Assembly: GCA_031409275.1 (NCBI GenBank)
Contig: JANNXA010000055.1
Span: forward strand, 448,001 to 512,000
Reading direction: 5' to 3'
DNA from: Planctomycetota bacterium
GTDB taxonomy: Bacteria > Planctomycetota > B15-G4 > SIAN01
DNA: 64,000 bases
The notes under the pieces were generated by a model that searched no databases, was not told where the DNA came from, and saw only the letters and a program-made list of their open reading frames with translations. Of the stretch, positions 31,320 to 40,619 are shown piece by piece (position 1 is the stretch's first letter; each line of letters starts with the position of its first letter). The position numbers and the translations under genes are program-made.

Positions 31320-32299
31320 ATCGCGCGCTGCTCTGGTGCGTGCTGGCCAACGTGATCGGCGGATCGACCTTCGCCGCAATGGCCGCCGCTCACGCCTGCG
31401 GCCTGCCCACCGTCACCTTCAGCTTCCTGCGCACGCTGCTCTCGACGCTGCTCTTCGCGCTGTTGGCATGGCGCGCCGGCGAGCTGCGCCCACGTTTCAG
31501 CGGGCGCGACTGGGGACTGTTGCTGCTGGTGGCGGTCCCCGGCTTCGCGCTGCCGCTGATCGTCGGCATCCGCGGCGTCGCACTGTCGACGCCGGGCCTC
31601 GGCTCGATCCTCGCGCTGCTCGAACCGATCGTGATCGTGCCGCTGTCGGTGCTCTTCCTGCGGGAAGCGCTGCCGCGCACACGCCTGCTCGGCATCGTGA
31701 TCGGGCTGTTCGGTGCGTTGCTGGTCGTGATCGGCGGCGCGAGCAGCGGCCCGCTGCCGGGCAGCGGCGCGGCCGGCGCCAACGCTCATGCCGCCACCAC
31801 GCTCGGCAACGTGCTGCTGGCGCTGCAGGGCAGCCTGTGGGCCGTCTACACCGTGGCCGCCAAGCCGCTCTGCGCGCGTCACTCGGCACTTTCGATCAGC
31901 ACCTGGTCGACGGCGCTCGGCTGCCTCGCCATGGGGCTCGTCGCACCGCTCGAGTGGAGCGCCCTGACGCCGAACGCGCTGGCGCCGCTGGCCCGCGCGT
32001 TGGCGCTCGAGCAAGGGCCCGCGACGTGGGAGGCGACGCTCGCCGTCGCGCGCGCCGCCGCACCGTGGATGGGCTACCTCGCGCTCTTCGGCAGCTTCCT
32101 CGGAGTCCTGCTCTGGAACGCCGGCTTGCAAGGCGTCGCCGCCAGCCGCATGGCGGCGTTCATCTTCCTGCAGCCCGCCGTCGGACTCCTGCTCGACGCC
32201 ATCCTTGGCGCGCCCGCGCCCGGCCTCTACGCCTGGCTCGGCCTCGGCTGCATCGCGCTCGCGATCGCCTTCGTCAGTCGCGAGCCCGCCATGCCCTGA
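31316..32299 (+). CDS. DMT/EamA-family transporter
   Basis: About 10 TM helices; LEPI..LFLRE, WAVYTV, LWNAGL, FIFLQP. Confidence 0.85.
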   Translation: MNRALLWCVLANVIGGSTFAAMAAAHACGLPTVTFSFLRTLLSTLLFALLAWRAGELRPRFSGRDWGLLLLVAVPGFALPLIVGIRGVALSTPGLGSILALLEPIVIVPLSVLFLREALPRTRLLGIVIGLFGALLVVIGGASSGPLPGSGAAGANAHAATTLGNVLLALQGSLWAVYTVAAKPLCARHSALSISTWSTALGCLAMGLVAPLEWSALTPNALAPLARALALEQGPATWEATLAVARAAAPWMGYLALFGSFLGVLLWNAGLQGVAASRMAAFIFLQPAVGLLLDAILGAPAPGLYAWLGLGCIALAIAFVSREPAMP

Positions 32300-32738
32300 G
32301 CGCGTCGAGCGGACGCACGAAGGCAATGGGATGGACTGCCGCCGCGCGCACCACGAAGCGGCCGTCGCTGCGTGCCTCGAGCAGGAACGAGGCGCGCGCC
32401 GCAAACCGCTGCGGCCACGCGACCCCGAAGGCGCGCGCGAGTTCGAGTTCCGGGTCGCCGATCGCGTGCAGCGCCGCACCTCCGACCTCGTCGAGGAAGC
32501 GGCGCAGATGAGCGAGGCCGTCGACGCTCGCGACCACGATCGGGCAGCCGGCGCCGCTCCATTCTGAAGCGATCGCAGCGAGCTGCTTCGCGTCAGGCGT
32601 GCAGACCGGAGCGCCCGCCAGCGGCAGGAAGCAGAGCAGCGCGCGGCGCGGTGGCGTCGTCAGCGCCGGCCGGGCGGCGGACCACGGCAGCGACGGAGCG
32701 AGCGCCCCGACGGCGAGCGGAAGGAGGGCACCGTTCAT
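32274..32738 (-). CDS. Peroxiredoxin-like (AhpC/TSA/redoxin) protein
   Basis: VGALAP, FLPLAGAPVCTPD, ASVD, GDPELELARAFGV, ARASFLL; ATG overlaps the galK stop. Confidence 0.65.
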   Translation of the reverse strand: MNGALLPLAVGALAPSLPWSAARPALTTPPRRALLCFLPLAGAPVCTPDAKQLAAIASEWSGAGCPIVVASVDGLAHLRRFLDEVGGAALHAIGDPELELARAFGVAWPQRFAARASFLLEARSDGRFVVRAAAVHPIAFVRPLDALRAWRARD

Positions 32739-33904
32739 GCGTCGAGGACCTCGCCGGGCGTGCGGCCGAAGCCGAGCGGATGGACCTCGGGACGCTGGCC
32801 GAAGCGCTGCTCGAAGCCGGCGACGACATGCGCGCAGAACGACTCGACTTCGCCCGGACGCACCACGGCCAGCGCGCAACCGCCGAAACCGGCGCCAGTC
32901 AGGCGCGCGCCGTAGCACGCGGGATGGCCGAGCGCGAGCTCGTGCAACGCGTCGAGCCGCGGCGTCGACACCTCGTAGAGATGGCGCGAGGAGAGGTGCG
33001 AGAGCCACATCAGCTGGCCGAACTCGAGCAGTTCGCCGCGCAGCAGCAGCTCGCGCGCGCGACGCACGCGAGCGACTTCGGTGACCACGTGCCGCGCGCG
33101 CTGGAACGGCAGCGCGTCGAGTGCGCCGCGCAGGGAATCGAGCTGCTCGACCGAGACGTCGCGCAGGCAAGTGATCCCCGGCAGATGGCGGCGCAGGGTG
33201 GTCAACGCCGCGGTCGATTCCGCGACCCGTTGATTGAAGCCGCCTGCCTTGAGTTCCCGTCGCGTCATCGAATCGAGCATCACGAAGGCGAGGCGATCGG
33301 CCGGAAGCGGCACGTAGTCGAAACTCTGGTCCTTGCAGTCGAGCCACAGCGCGTGGCCGGGCCGCCCGAGTGCACTGGCGAACGGATCCATGATCCCGCA
33401 CTGCACTCCGACGAACGTCGTTTCGGCGCGATGAGCGAGGCGCGCCGCAGCGAGCGGAGAGAGCGGCGCTCCCGCCAGCGTGGAGAGCGCGATGGCGCTC
33501 GCGACGAGCACGGCAGCGCTCGAGGACATGCCGGCCCCGGGCGGCAGATCGCCGGCGAACGTCAGGTCAGCGCCCGGCAATTCGAGCCCCTCCTCGCCGA
33601 GCAGCTTGGCGATGCCGACCGGGTACGCGGCCCAACCCGCCGCCGCAGCCGTCGGCAGCGCATCGAGCGCAACATCGACCGTGCCTGGGAACTCGGCGGA
33701 GACGAGCCGCAGCCGCCGTTCAGCGCGCGGCCGGGCCACGACGGCGACCCCGCGATCGACGGCGACCGGCAGCACGCAACCGCCGTGGTAGTCGATGTGC
33801 GCGCCGAGCAGGTTGACGCGCCCGCTCGCGAAGAAGAGGCGCCCAGCCCGGTCGCCGTGCGCACCGGCGAGCGCGCGAACCCGGCTGAAGAGAGGGCAAT
33901 CCAT
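32735..33904 (-). CDS. galK: Galactokinase-family GHMP sugar kinase (atypical sugar-binding residues)
   Basis: GRVNLLGAHIDYHGG, PPGAGMSSSAA, CGIMD, RARHVVTE, GARLTGAGFGGC. Confidence 0.85.
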   Translation of the reverse strand: MDCPLFSRVRALAGAHGDRAGRLFFASGRVNLLGAHIDYHGGCVLPVAVDRGVAVVARPRAERRLRLVSAEFPGTVDVALDALPTAAAAGWAAYPVGIAKLLGEEGLELPGADLTFAGDLPPGAGMSSSAAVLVASAIALSTLAGAPLSPLAAARLAHRAETTFVGVQCGIMDPFASALGRPGHALWLDCKDQSFDYVPLPADRLAFVMLDSMTRRELKAGGFNQRVAESTAALTTLRRHLPGITCLRDVSVEQLDSLRGALDALPFQRARHVVTEVARVRRARELLLRGELLEFGQLMWLSHLSSRHLYEVSTPRLDALHELALGHPACYGARLTGAGFGGCALAVVRPGEVESFCAHVVAGFEQRFGQRPEVHPLGFGRTPGEVLDA

Positions 33905-34028
33905 CGACGATCTTCCGGACGATGTCGGCACGAATCGAAGCGCGCGCACGCCGTCGGCTCCCGGGGAAAGCGGCGCAAGCGAGTGCGAGGCGCCGGGTAA
34001 TTGAGCGCCTCCCCCGCCGAAATCAACG

Positions 34029-34056
34029 TTGCATGGGGCCGCGTGGCCGCTAGGTT
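34029..34056 (+). promoter_or_regulatory. Sigma70-like promoter for tRNA-His
   Basis: TTGCAT-N16-TAGGTT. Confidence 0.5.
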
Positions 34057-34077
34057 TTCGGCCCGTTTCGTCGCGAT

Positions 34078-34155
34078 GGTGGGTGTAGCTCAACTGGTTA
34101 GAGCACCAGACTGTGACTCTGGGGGTTGGGGGTTCAAGTCCCCTCACTCACCCCA
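34078..34155 (+). tRNA. tRNA-His(GUG) with G-1 and encoded CCA
   Basis: Acceptor GTGGGTG/CACTCAC, anticodon arm ccaga-ctGTGac-tctgg, T-loop GTTCAAGTC. Confidence 0.96.
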
Positions 34156-34228
34156 TGGCGACTTCTCCGACTCGGCCGCGCTCGACGGCGTTGACCTTCC
34201 ACTTCGGTGCGTCGGCGCAAGCGCTCTC

Positions 34229-34256
34229 TTGACCCCGGAGCGCGCCGGAGTAAGGT
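34229..34256 (+). promoter_or_regulatory. Sigma70-like promoter for tRNA-Arg/tRNA-Lys
   Basis: TTGACC-N16-TAAGGT. Confidence 0.6.
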
Positions 34257-34273
34257 TCCCCGCCTCGTTTCGC

Positions 34274-34350
34274 GCGCCCGTAGCTCAACTGGCTAGAGCG
34301 TCGGGCTTCGAACCCGAAGGTTGCAGGTTCGAGCCCTGCCGGGCGTACCA
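34274..34350 (+). tRNA. tRNA-Arg(UCG)
   Basis: Acceptor GCGCCCG/CGGGCGT, anticodon arm tcggg-ctTCGaa-cccga, GTTCGAG, CCA end. Confidence 0.95.
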
Positions 34351-34418
34351 GTCGTCCTTTCGACGGCCGGAGCGTTCTTCATCGGCGCGCGGAACGACGA
34401 ACGATCGCTGCAAGAGGT

Positions 34419-34495
34419 GCTCGCGTAGCTCAGCTGGCTAGAGCAGGTGATTCTTAATCACCGGGTCCTAGGTTCGAATCCTAGCGCGGGCACCA
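34419..34495 (+). tRNA. tRNA-Lys(CUU)
   Basis: Acceptor GCTCGCG/CGCGGGC, anticodon arm ggtga-ttCTTaa-tcacc, GTTCGAATC, CCA end. Confidence 0.95.
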
Positions 34496-34854
34496 TTTTG
34501 AGCTATCTGCGCCGACGACCGTGGAAGTCGCCTCGGCTGCGGTGCTTGACCGCCGTCGGCGCGAGCTTCCGTGCCGCCTGTCCGACTCAATCCAAAACCG
34601 CGCTCGAATCGACTTCGACGTCGGAATCGATTGCCGTTCGGCCCGGCCCGCAAGATCGGGGGCAGGGCCCGCGCGCCGGGCTGTGACTATCCGGGAGGAC
34701 CATCCGCGGGGTGACCGTCAGCGACGTCCTGGCGAACTTTTTTCGCGAGGCCAGCCGAAGTTCGGGCTCCAGTTTTCGGGTCGACTTGCGTCTACTTGGC
34801 AGCCGTCGGTTGTGCTACCTGCGAGTTGCCCTCCCTGCACGTCGGAAATCACCC

Positions 34855-36198
34855 ATGTCGCAACACTTGTCGCATCGCGCCACCTCGGTCCTTCTCCTCG
34901 CTGCCTCGCTGGTTTCCGGCGGGTGCAACCGCGGCGGGAGCCAGAATCGCCGCGTCGTCGGCGGCCTCGCCAACTTCGGCGCGCTCACATTCGATCCGGC
35001 GCGCCAGTGGTTCTCTGCCGCCGACTCGGTGTCCGGCCGACTCGTCGCCATCGACCCCGCCGACGGCACGACGCGCTTCGACGTTTCCACTGTCGGTGGC
35101 AGCGTCGGCGGTCTGTTTCAGGATCACTGCAGCGACAGCTGCTTCACTTCCGTCACCAGCCGCAACCGGATCGACGTCTTCGACCCGAGCCTGTACTTCC
35201 GCCGATCGACGATTCGCTTGCGCGCGGCGCCGTACGCGATCGCCGAAGCCGCCAACCATCACCTCCTCGTCGTGACGGGCGCCGGCTTGATCGAACTCGA
35301 TCCGAAGGCGCTGACGCAGAACACGCTCCTGCCGAGCGTCGATCGCGACGCCTTCGTGCTTTCCGACCGCGAGCTGCGCGCCGGCTTCCTGGTCGAGACG
35401 CTGAACAACGGCGCCGTCGTCAATCGCTTCGACCTGCAGAACGTCACCGGTGCGCCGGTGACCAGCGCGCCCGGGAGCATGGCTGGCCGCGTGGTCGGCG
35501 CTGCGGTCGACTTCGACGGCGAAGTGCTCTACGTCGGCACCGACGTCGCGCCTGGCATCTATCGACTGAACGCCGCGACCCTCGCGCTGATCGACACGAT
35601 CGACATCGGTGACGGCCTCTCCAGCATGGCGCTCAGCACGACCGGCTTGCGGCTCTTCTATTCGACGACCGGCCCTCTCGTGGAGAGCGTCATCATCGAG
35701 CCACGTTTGACGGGGCCGAGCGTCACTCTCAGCGACACGCCTCGTGAGCGCGGCGTCGTGATGGCGGCGACCAATCAGGACATCGCGGTTTGGGCCGATG
35801 ACGGGTCGATCTCCACGTACGGCATCTTCGACCTCAAGATGCGCGCGCCGGCCGTGCTCCGTCAGGGCGAAGCTGGCGCGCTCACGCTGGAAGGTCGCCC
35901 CAACGCGTTCTACTTCGTCTTCTTGTCGGGTGGCCCGGCGCCGTTGCTGCTCGACAAGCGAAGCAAGCCCGAACCGCGCATGCTCGAGCTGTCGTTGATT
36001 CTCGGCTACGCGCTGGTCTCTTCCGGGCAGCTCGACGGCAACGGCCGCGCGACGATCGAAGACATCGTGCCGGCAGGTGCCGGGTTCGGTGTGATCGACT
36101 CGGTGTGGCAGGCAGCACAGACCGACGCGATCTTCCCGCCGCGCTACGACCTCAGCAACGCGATGGCCATCCGCTTCCTCGGTCCCGACTGCCCGTAG
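34855..36198 (+). CDS. Probable lipoprotein, YncE-like beta-propeller plus C-terminal beta-sandwich-like module
   Basis: Signal ..LLLAASLVSGG|C; propeller-type blades (FDP, IDVFD, DGEVLYV, IDTIDIG); C-terminal QAA..LSNAMAIRF. Confidence 0.72.
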   Translation: MSQHLSHRATSVLLLAASLVSGGCNRGGSQNRRVVGGLANFGALTFDPARQWFSAADSVSGRLVAIDPADGTTRFDVSTVGGSVGGLFQDHCSDSCFTSVTSRNRIDVFDPSLYFRRSTIRLRAAPYAIAEAANHHLLVVTGAGLIELDPKALTQNTLLPSVDRDAFVLSDRELRAGFLVETLNNGAVVNRFDLQNVTGAPVTSAPGSMAGRVVGAAVDFDGEVLYVGTDVAPGIYRLNAATLALIDTIDIGDGLSSMALSTTGLRLFYSTTGPLVESVIIEPRLTGPSVTLSDTPRERGVVMAATNQDIAVWADDGSISTYGIFDLKMRAPAVLRQGEAGALTLEGRPNAFYFVFLSGGPAPLLLDKRSKPEPRMLELSLILGYALVSSGQLDGNGRATIEDIVPAGAGFGVIDSVWQAAQTDAIFPPRYDLSNAMAIRFLGPDCP

Positions 36199-36297
36199 AG
36201 TCCGGCTCGACGAACCGGTTCGGGATCGGGGCCGCTTCCTCGCTGAACGCGACCGGCAACTGGCTTCCGTCGCGCTCGACGCCAGAATGGCCCGCGC

Positions 36298-36382
36298 GCG
36301 AGGATGGCGGAATTGGCAGACGCGCTGGACTTAGGATCCAGTGGGGCAACCCGTGGGGGTTCAACTCCCCCTCCTCGCACCA
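36298..36382 (+). tRNA. tRNA-Leu(UAG)
   Basis: Acceptor GCGAGGA/TCCTCGC, D-arm GGCGGAATTGGCAGACGC, anticodon arm ctgga-ctTAGga-tccag, long variable arm, CCA. Confidence 0.96.
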
Positions 36383-36734
36383 TGCATGCGCCGGCTGACG
36401 CCATCGGTTCGTGCGCTGAGTGGTGGCACCAGTGTTGGCACTCGTCGCCCCGAGGTCCTCGCAGAACGGCGGCGCGGTCGACGACAGCCTTCCGCTCGAT
36501 CGCGGTCGGCGGCGTGACGGACGTCATCCGCTGCTCCCACGCGGTCGTTCAGCCGCAGGATCCGCGTGCGGCCCTGAGGGTCCCGACCAGCACGGTCGCG
36601 ATTGCAGGTGCCACCGAGCTCGCGACTCGCTCGCGTCGTCCCGAGTCAACTCCAACGAGCGGCGCGGGCGACCACGCTCTCGTGATGGCGCCCGCGCCAT
36701 CTCGGTGAGTTCTCTTTCGTCGCGCGCAGCGTGA

Positions 36735-37223
36735 TCAGTTCGATCCGTCCCCTTCCACCGGCTTGGGTGGCGCGGGCGGCCGCGGCGGATGGCCCGGCGG
36801 CGGCGTTCCCTCTGGCGGCGGCGGCGGCGGACCACCCTCGGGGCCCGTCTCGGGACGCTCGCCCGGCTTGCCATGCGGGCGGCCGTGCGGACGCCCCTTG
36901 CCGGGCTTCTGCGGGCGCTCGCCGGGATCGCCGTCTTTCTTCTTCTTGGCGTCCTTCAGCGTCTTCAGGAACTCGCGCACGCGCGCTCGCGTCTGTTTTT
37001 CGTCGAGCCCTTCGGCCCGCGCCTGCTCGACGATCTTCTCGATCTGCTCCTTCACCTCATCTCGCGGTCCCGGTTTGCGATCGTCCTTCGGGCGCTCCTT
37101 GCCGCCGCGAGGAGGCCGGCCGTCCGGCTTGCCTCCCGGTGGTCCGCCCTGCGCCATCGTCGGCGCCGCAAGAGCCGCGAGCAGCAGCCACGCCGCGCCG
37201 CCCCTCGTGAAGATTCGCACCAT
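36735..37223 (-). CDS. Small secreted Gly/Pro/Lys-rich protein with a short central helical hairpin
   Basis: Signal peptide (..LAALAAPTMA|Q); charged helix EVKEQIEKIVEQARAEGLDEKQTRARVREFLK flanked by low-complexity arms; SD ggag. Confidence 0.7.
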   Translation of the reverse strand: MVRIFTRGGAAWLLLAALAAPTMAQGGPPGGKPDGRPPRGGKERPKDDRKPGPRDEVKEQIEKIVEQARAEGLDEKQTRARVREFLKTLKDAKKKKDGDPGERPQKPGKGRPHGRPHGKPGERPETGPEGGPPPPPPEGTPPPGHPPRPPAPPKPVEGDGSN

Positions 37224-37286
37224 GCCGCGTCTCCCAGGTCGTCAGGGTCCATCCGAACATCGTCACGCGACGACGTTGCAGCCTGC

Positions 37287-37313
37287 TGAACCCCAACCCG
37301 CTGCAAAGGTTTC
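37287..37313 (-). promoter_or_regulatory. Candidate ECF-type promoter
   Basis: Minus strand GAAAC-N16-GGTTCA, about 65 nt upstream of ATG 37223. Confidence 0.4.
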
Positions 37314-37354
37314 GCTGGTCTGGAAGAAGGGCGGCGCCTTCAAGTGCGGCGCCG

Positions 37355-38965
37355 TCACGACCCGGCGGGGACGTTCCACGCCGAGAGCACGAACCGCAGC
37401 TTCCCCCGCACGCCCGGAGTCGTCTCGCTGTCGAACGGCAGGCTGACCTCGACCCGCCCCTTGGTGAGTTCCTTGGGCGAGATCGGCGTGTCGGCGACGC
37501 TGACCGCCTTGCCCTGCCAGGCGTACTGCACTTGCCAGTCGCCGTCCGGATCGTTCTGCGGCGGCACGAGCTCGACCACCACGGAGTCACGGAAGAGGTA
37601 GCTGCCCTCGTAGTGCTGGTCGAACCACAGCTTCTTCTCGATCTCGTAGTCGGGCGCGCGCACGCCCAGCGTGACGCTGTAGGCGAGCGACGGACGCCCC
37701 TCGTTGACGCGGGCGCGATTCGAGAGGAAGACCGTGGAGAGGTAGAGGCGCCCCTCCTTCTTCGGCGCACGCATCCAATCGGCGTGGCTGAGGCACGCGA
37801 CCGAATCCTCTTCGGCGACCCGGCGCGTCAAGTACCAGAGCTTGCCGCGCGGCGAAGCGAGCAGCTCGACCTGGTAGAGCGCCCCGACCTTCGCACCACC
37901 CGCTTGCGCGGCCGCCACCTTCGCGGGCAGCAGGATCTCGTCGAAGTCGACATGGATGTCAGCGCGCACGTCGCCGAACAGGAAGCGCGCGAGGTTCTGG
38001 TAACCCTCCTCGCTGTTCACGATGCCGAAGAACCCCGAGTGCGCGCGGTACGTGAACGCCTTGGCGCACGACTCGCCCAGCTGTCCATTGGCTTTCAGCC
38101 CCTTCGTCGTCGCGTTCTCGATTCTCACCAGTCCGTCACTGCCATGGCCCACGAAGGTTCGCGAGGCGCCGAACGCGGCCTCGTAGTCGAGCCGATTGGT
38201 GCCGACCAGGCAGAAGACGCGGCTGGAGGGGAAACGCGATTCGGGGATCAAATCGACCCGCTCGCTCGACTTGTACGCCGGCTTCAGCGCGAGGTAGTCC
38301 GCCATCCGATCGCGATTGAAGTTGTCGACGTCGCCGATTCCTAGCCACTTCGGGACGTTGCCGCCCATCAGGTCGATGCCGTTGTGAGGCGTCGCATAGG
38401 TGAAGAACTTGTCGACGCAGCGCAGCGCCGCGTCGCTGCCGAGCTTGGGGTTTTGCAGGAAGGCGCGGCAGACGAGACCGCCCATCGAGTGGGCGACGAG
38501 ATAGCAGCGGAAGTCGCCCGGCGCGAGCTCGTTGGCGGGATTGGCGCAGACGAGGTCGCGCACCTTCAGGAGGAGCTCGCCGAGCTTCTTCGCGAACGTC
38601 TCGATCGGCGGCGTCTTCGCGACGCCGAGCAGCGTCGAAGCCTCGTCGTAGTAGCGGTAGATGACGATCGAGCGGCGCGTGAGCACGTTCTTCGGATTCG
38701 CCTGCCACTCAGGGTCGAGCAGGTCGTAACCGTCCTCATAGACGTCGCGGTAGCCGAAGTCGGACGCCAGGCGCACCACCGGCGACTCGAAGACGTATTT
38801 GCGCGGCGGACGGTTCCGGTCGGGCACCGCGCGATAGACCGTCGAGCCGAGGTTGAAGCCGCAGAAGGGGTCGGCCGTCGTGTCGTCGATCTCGCCGCGA
38901 CTCATCGCGAAGCCGCGCACGTAGACGATCGGGCAGAAGCGCGGATCGGGAGCGTCGGTGCCCAT
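37355..38965 (-). CDS. Alpha/beta hydrolase (lipase/esterase, PGAP1-like) with C-terminal extension
   Basis: IVYVRGF oxyanion region, nucleophile elbow VAHSMGG, TYATPHNG, SDGLV, AHSG. Confidence 0.82.
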   Translation of the reverse strand: MGTDAPDPRFCPIVYVRGFAMSRGEIDDTTADPFCGFNLGSTVYRAVPDRNRPPRKYVFESPVVRLASDFGYRDVYEDGYDLLDPEWQANPKNVLTRRSIVIYRYYDEASTLLGVAKTPPIETFAKKLGELLLKVRDLVCANPANELAPGDFRCYLVAHSMGGLVCRAFLQNPKLGSDAALRCVDKFFTYATPHNGIDLMGGNVPKWLGIGDVDNFNRDRMADYLALKPAYKSSERVDLIPESRFPSSRVFCLVGTNRLDYEAAFGASRTFVGHGSDGLVRIENATTKGLKANGQLGESCAKAFTYRAHSGFFGIVNSEEGYQNLARFLFGDVRADIHVDFDEILLPAKVAAAQAGGAKVGALYQVELLASPRGKLWYLTRRVAEEDSVACLSHADWMRAPKKEGRLYLSTVFLSNRARVNEGRPSLAYSVTLGVRAPDYEIEKKLWFDQHYEGSYLFRDSVVVELVPPQNDPDGDWQVQYAWQGKAVSVADTPISPKELTKGRVEVSLPFDSETTPGVRGKLRFVLSAWNVPAGS

Positions 38966-39071
38966 CGTTCACTCCATCGGTGGTTTCGCCGCGGGTCGCG
39001 CGCGAACCGCGTGGCGGTGCCTTCATCCTCTCAGCGTCGACGCAGCGCCGATGTGACGTCCGCGCCTCGAA

Positions 39072-39737
39072 TCAGCCCTGTGGCTGCATCTGCTCGATGA
39101 AGCGGTTGGCCTCGGCGATCGACGCCTCCATGTCCGCGACGAGGCGCGAGACGTCGCTCTTCAGCACATCCACGCTCTGCTGCAGCGAGGCGATCGCCTG
39201 CGCATTCAGGTTGTGCTTCAGGAAGAGCACCTTGTCGTGGAAGGTCGCGAGGACCGGTTCCATCTTGCTGGCGGCGTTCTGCATCACTACCAGCAAGCTC
39301 GCGTACTTCTTGCGAGTGTCCTTCAGCTGCGCCTCGCTGCTGCTGCGCAGCGCCGGATCGGAGTACTGGTTCAGCTCCGCCTCCCACTCCTTGAAGAGCG
39401 CGCCGGAGACCGCCTCGACCTTCTCGATGCGGCTCTTCACCTCGTCGGCCGCATCGACGCTGCCTTCGTACTCGTCGTTCAGCTTCTTGTAGACCTTCTC
39501 GAGTTCGCCGCCATCGATCCTGGTGACGGCAAGGAACTGTTCGAGGGCCGACTTGAACTGCTGCTTGGCCTCCTCCTGGCCATCACGCGCCTCCTGCACC
39601 CGATCGACGAGCTGTTCGCGCTTGGCGTAGCCGAACTTCTCGCGGATGGCGATGGCGGCGCTGTTGCAGCCGGGCAGCAACGTGAAGGCGATCAGGCCGG
39701 CGATCACGAACGGACGGGCGAAGCGGGAAGCGGGCAT
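39072..39737 (-). CDS. DUF2959-family coiled-coil lipoprotein
   Basis: Lipobox LPG|C; EKFGYAKREQLVDRV, ALFKEWEAEL, VLFLKHNLNAQAIASL. Confidence 0.85.
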   Translation of the reverse strand: MPASRFARPFVIAGLIAFTLLPGCNSAAIAIREKFGYAKREQLVDRVQEARDGQEEAKQQFKSALEQFLAVTRIDGGELEKVYKKLNDEYEGSVDAADEVKSRIEKVEAVSGALFKEWEAELNQYSDPALRSSSEAQLKDTRKKYASLLVVMQNAASKMEPVLATFHDKVLFLKHNLNAQAIASLQQSVDVLKSDVSRLVADMEASIAEANRFIEQMQPQG

Positions 39738-39786
39738 CAATGCAGTCCTCGTCGAAGCGGTTCCAGGGATCGCGACGCGACGCAAC

Positions 39787-40509
39787 TTAGCGAGCGGCGA
39801 GCGGCGTCAGCTCGACGCGACGGAACTCGCAAGGTGCCCCTTCCGCCTGGAGGGCGATCTGGCCTCGATCGGTGGTGCAGTCGCGGCCGCGGTTCACCTC
39901 GACGCCGTTCACCCACACCGCGATCTCGCGTCCGCGGCACTCGATGACCATCTCGTTCCACTCGCCCGCAGGCTTCTCGGAGCCATCGGTGAGGTTCTTG
40001 ATCCGCCGCGCCTTGTCGCCATCGACGCCCCAGTTCTCCTTCGGGCCGCGGCGCGCCTCCATCTCGGGCACAGTGACGTCCTCGCCGATGCACCAGAAGT
40101 CGCCGGCGTTGCCGACGTGGAGCTGGCACTCGATCGACTGCGGGAACATCCCGTAGAGGCGGCGCGGCACGGAGCTGTGCACCAGCACGCCGCAGTTCCC
40201 CGGCTCGCCGGGCCAGCGCCACTCGACCACAAGTCGATAGTCGTGGAACGACGCGTCCGTGATCAAGTGACCTTCCGGCGAGCCGCAGCTCACGAGCAGG
40301 CCGTCGCGCACGACGAACGACGGTTCCACCTTCGCGCCGCCATCGGCGGCCGGTACGTCTGCGTGCCAGCCGGCGAGCGAACGGCCATCGAAGAGCGCGA
40401 GCGGTCGCGAAGATTCTTCCGCGTGGACTGCGTCATCGGATCGGCAGCCGGCGACCGCCATCGCCAATCCCGCCACCATCGCCAGCGATCGAATCGGTCG
40501 GCACGACAT
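39787..40509 (-). CDS. DUF1080 (3-keto-disaccharide hydrolase-like) lipoprotein
   Basis: Lipobox VAG|C; LFDGRSLAGW, VEWRW..GNCG, IECQL, GEWN..I, VNG, GQIALQAEG..EFR. Confidence 0.88.
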   Translation of the reverse strand: MSCRPIRSLAMVAGLAMAVAGCRSDDAVHAEESSRPLALFDGRSLAGWHADVPAADGGAKVEPSFVVRDGLLVSCGSPEGHLITDASFHDYRLVVEWRWPGEPGNCGVLVHSSVPRRLYGMFPQSIECQLHVGNAGDFWCIGEDVTVPEMEARRGPKENWGVDGDKARRIKNLTDGSEKPAGEWNEMVIECRGREIAVWVNGVEVNRGRDCTTDRGQIALQAEGAPCEFRRVELTPLAAR

Positions 40510-40594
40510 GGGGAGTTCCTCCGAGAAATGGGGCCAGAGCGCAGCCGAGACCGCCGCGAGTGAGCGCAGCATCGTGGCGGAATCGCGGCGCGAA

Positions 40595-40619
40595 TCAACC
40601 GCGCCGCCCCCACGCCGAT
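40595..40619 (+). promoter_or_regulatory. Candidate sigma28 (FliA)-like promoter upstream of the secretion cluster
   Basis: TCAAC-N14-GCCGAT, about 90 nt before ATG 40711. Confidence 0.3.

Noticed and set aside
34496..34700. Hairpin and AT-richer sequence after tRNA-Lys as an att site or prophage boundary
   Set aside because: There is no integrase, no phage gene and no duplicated tRNA 3' end in the window.
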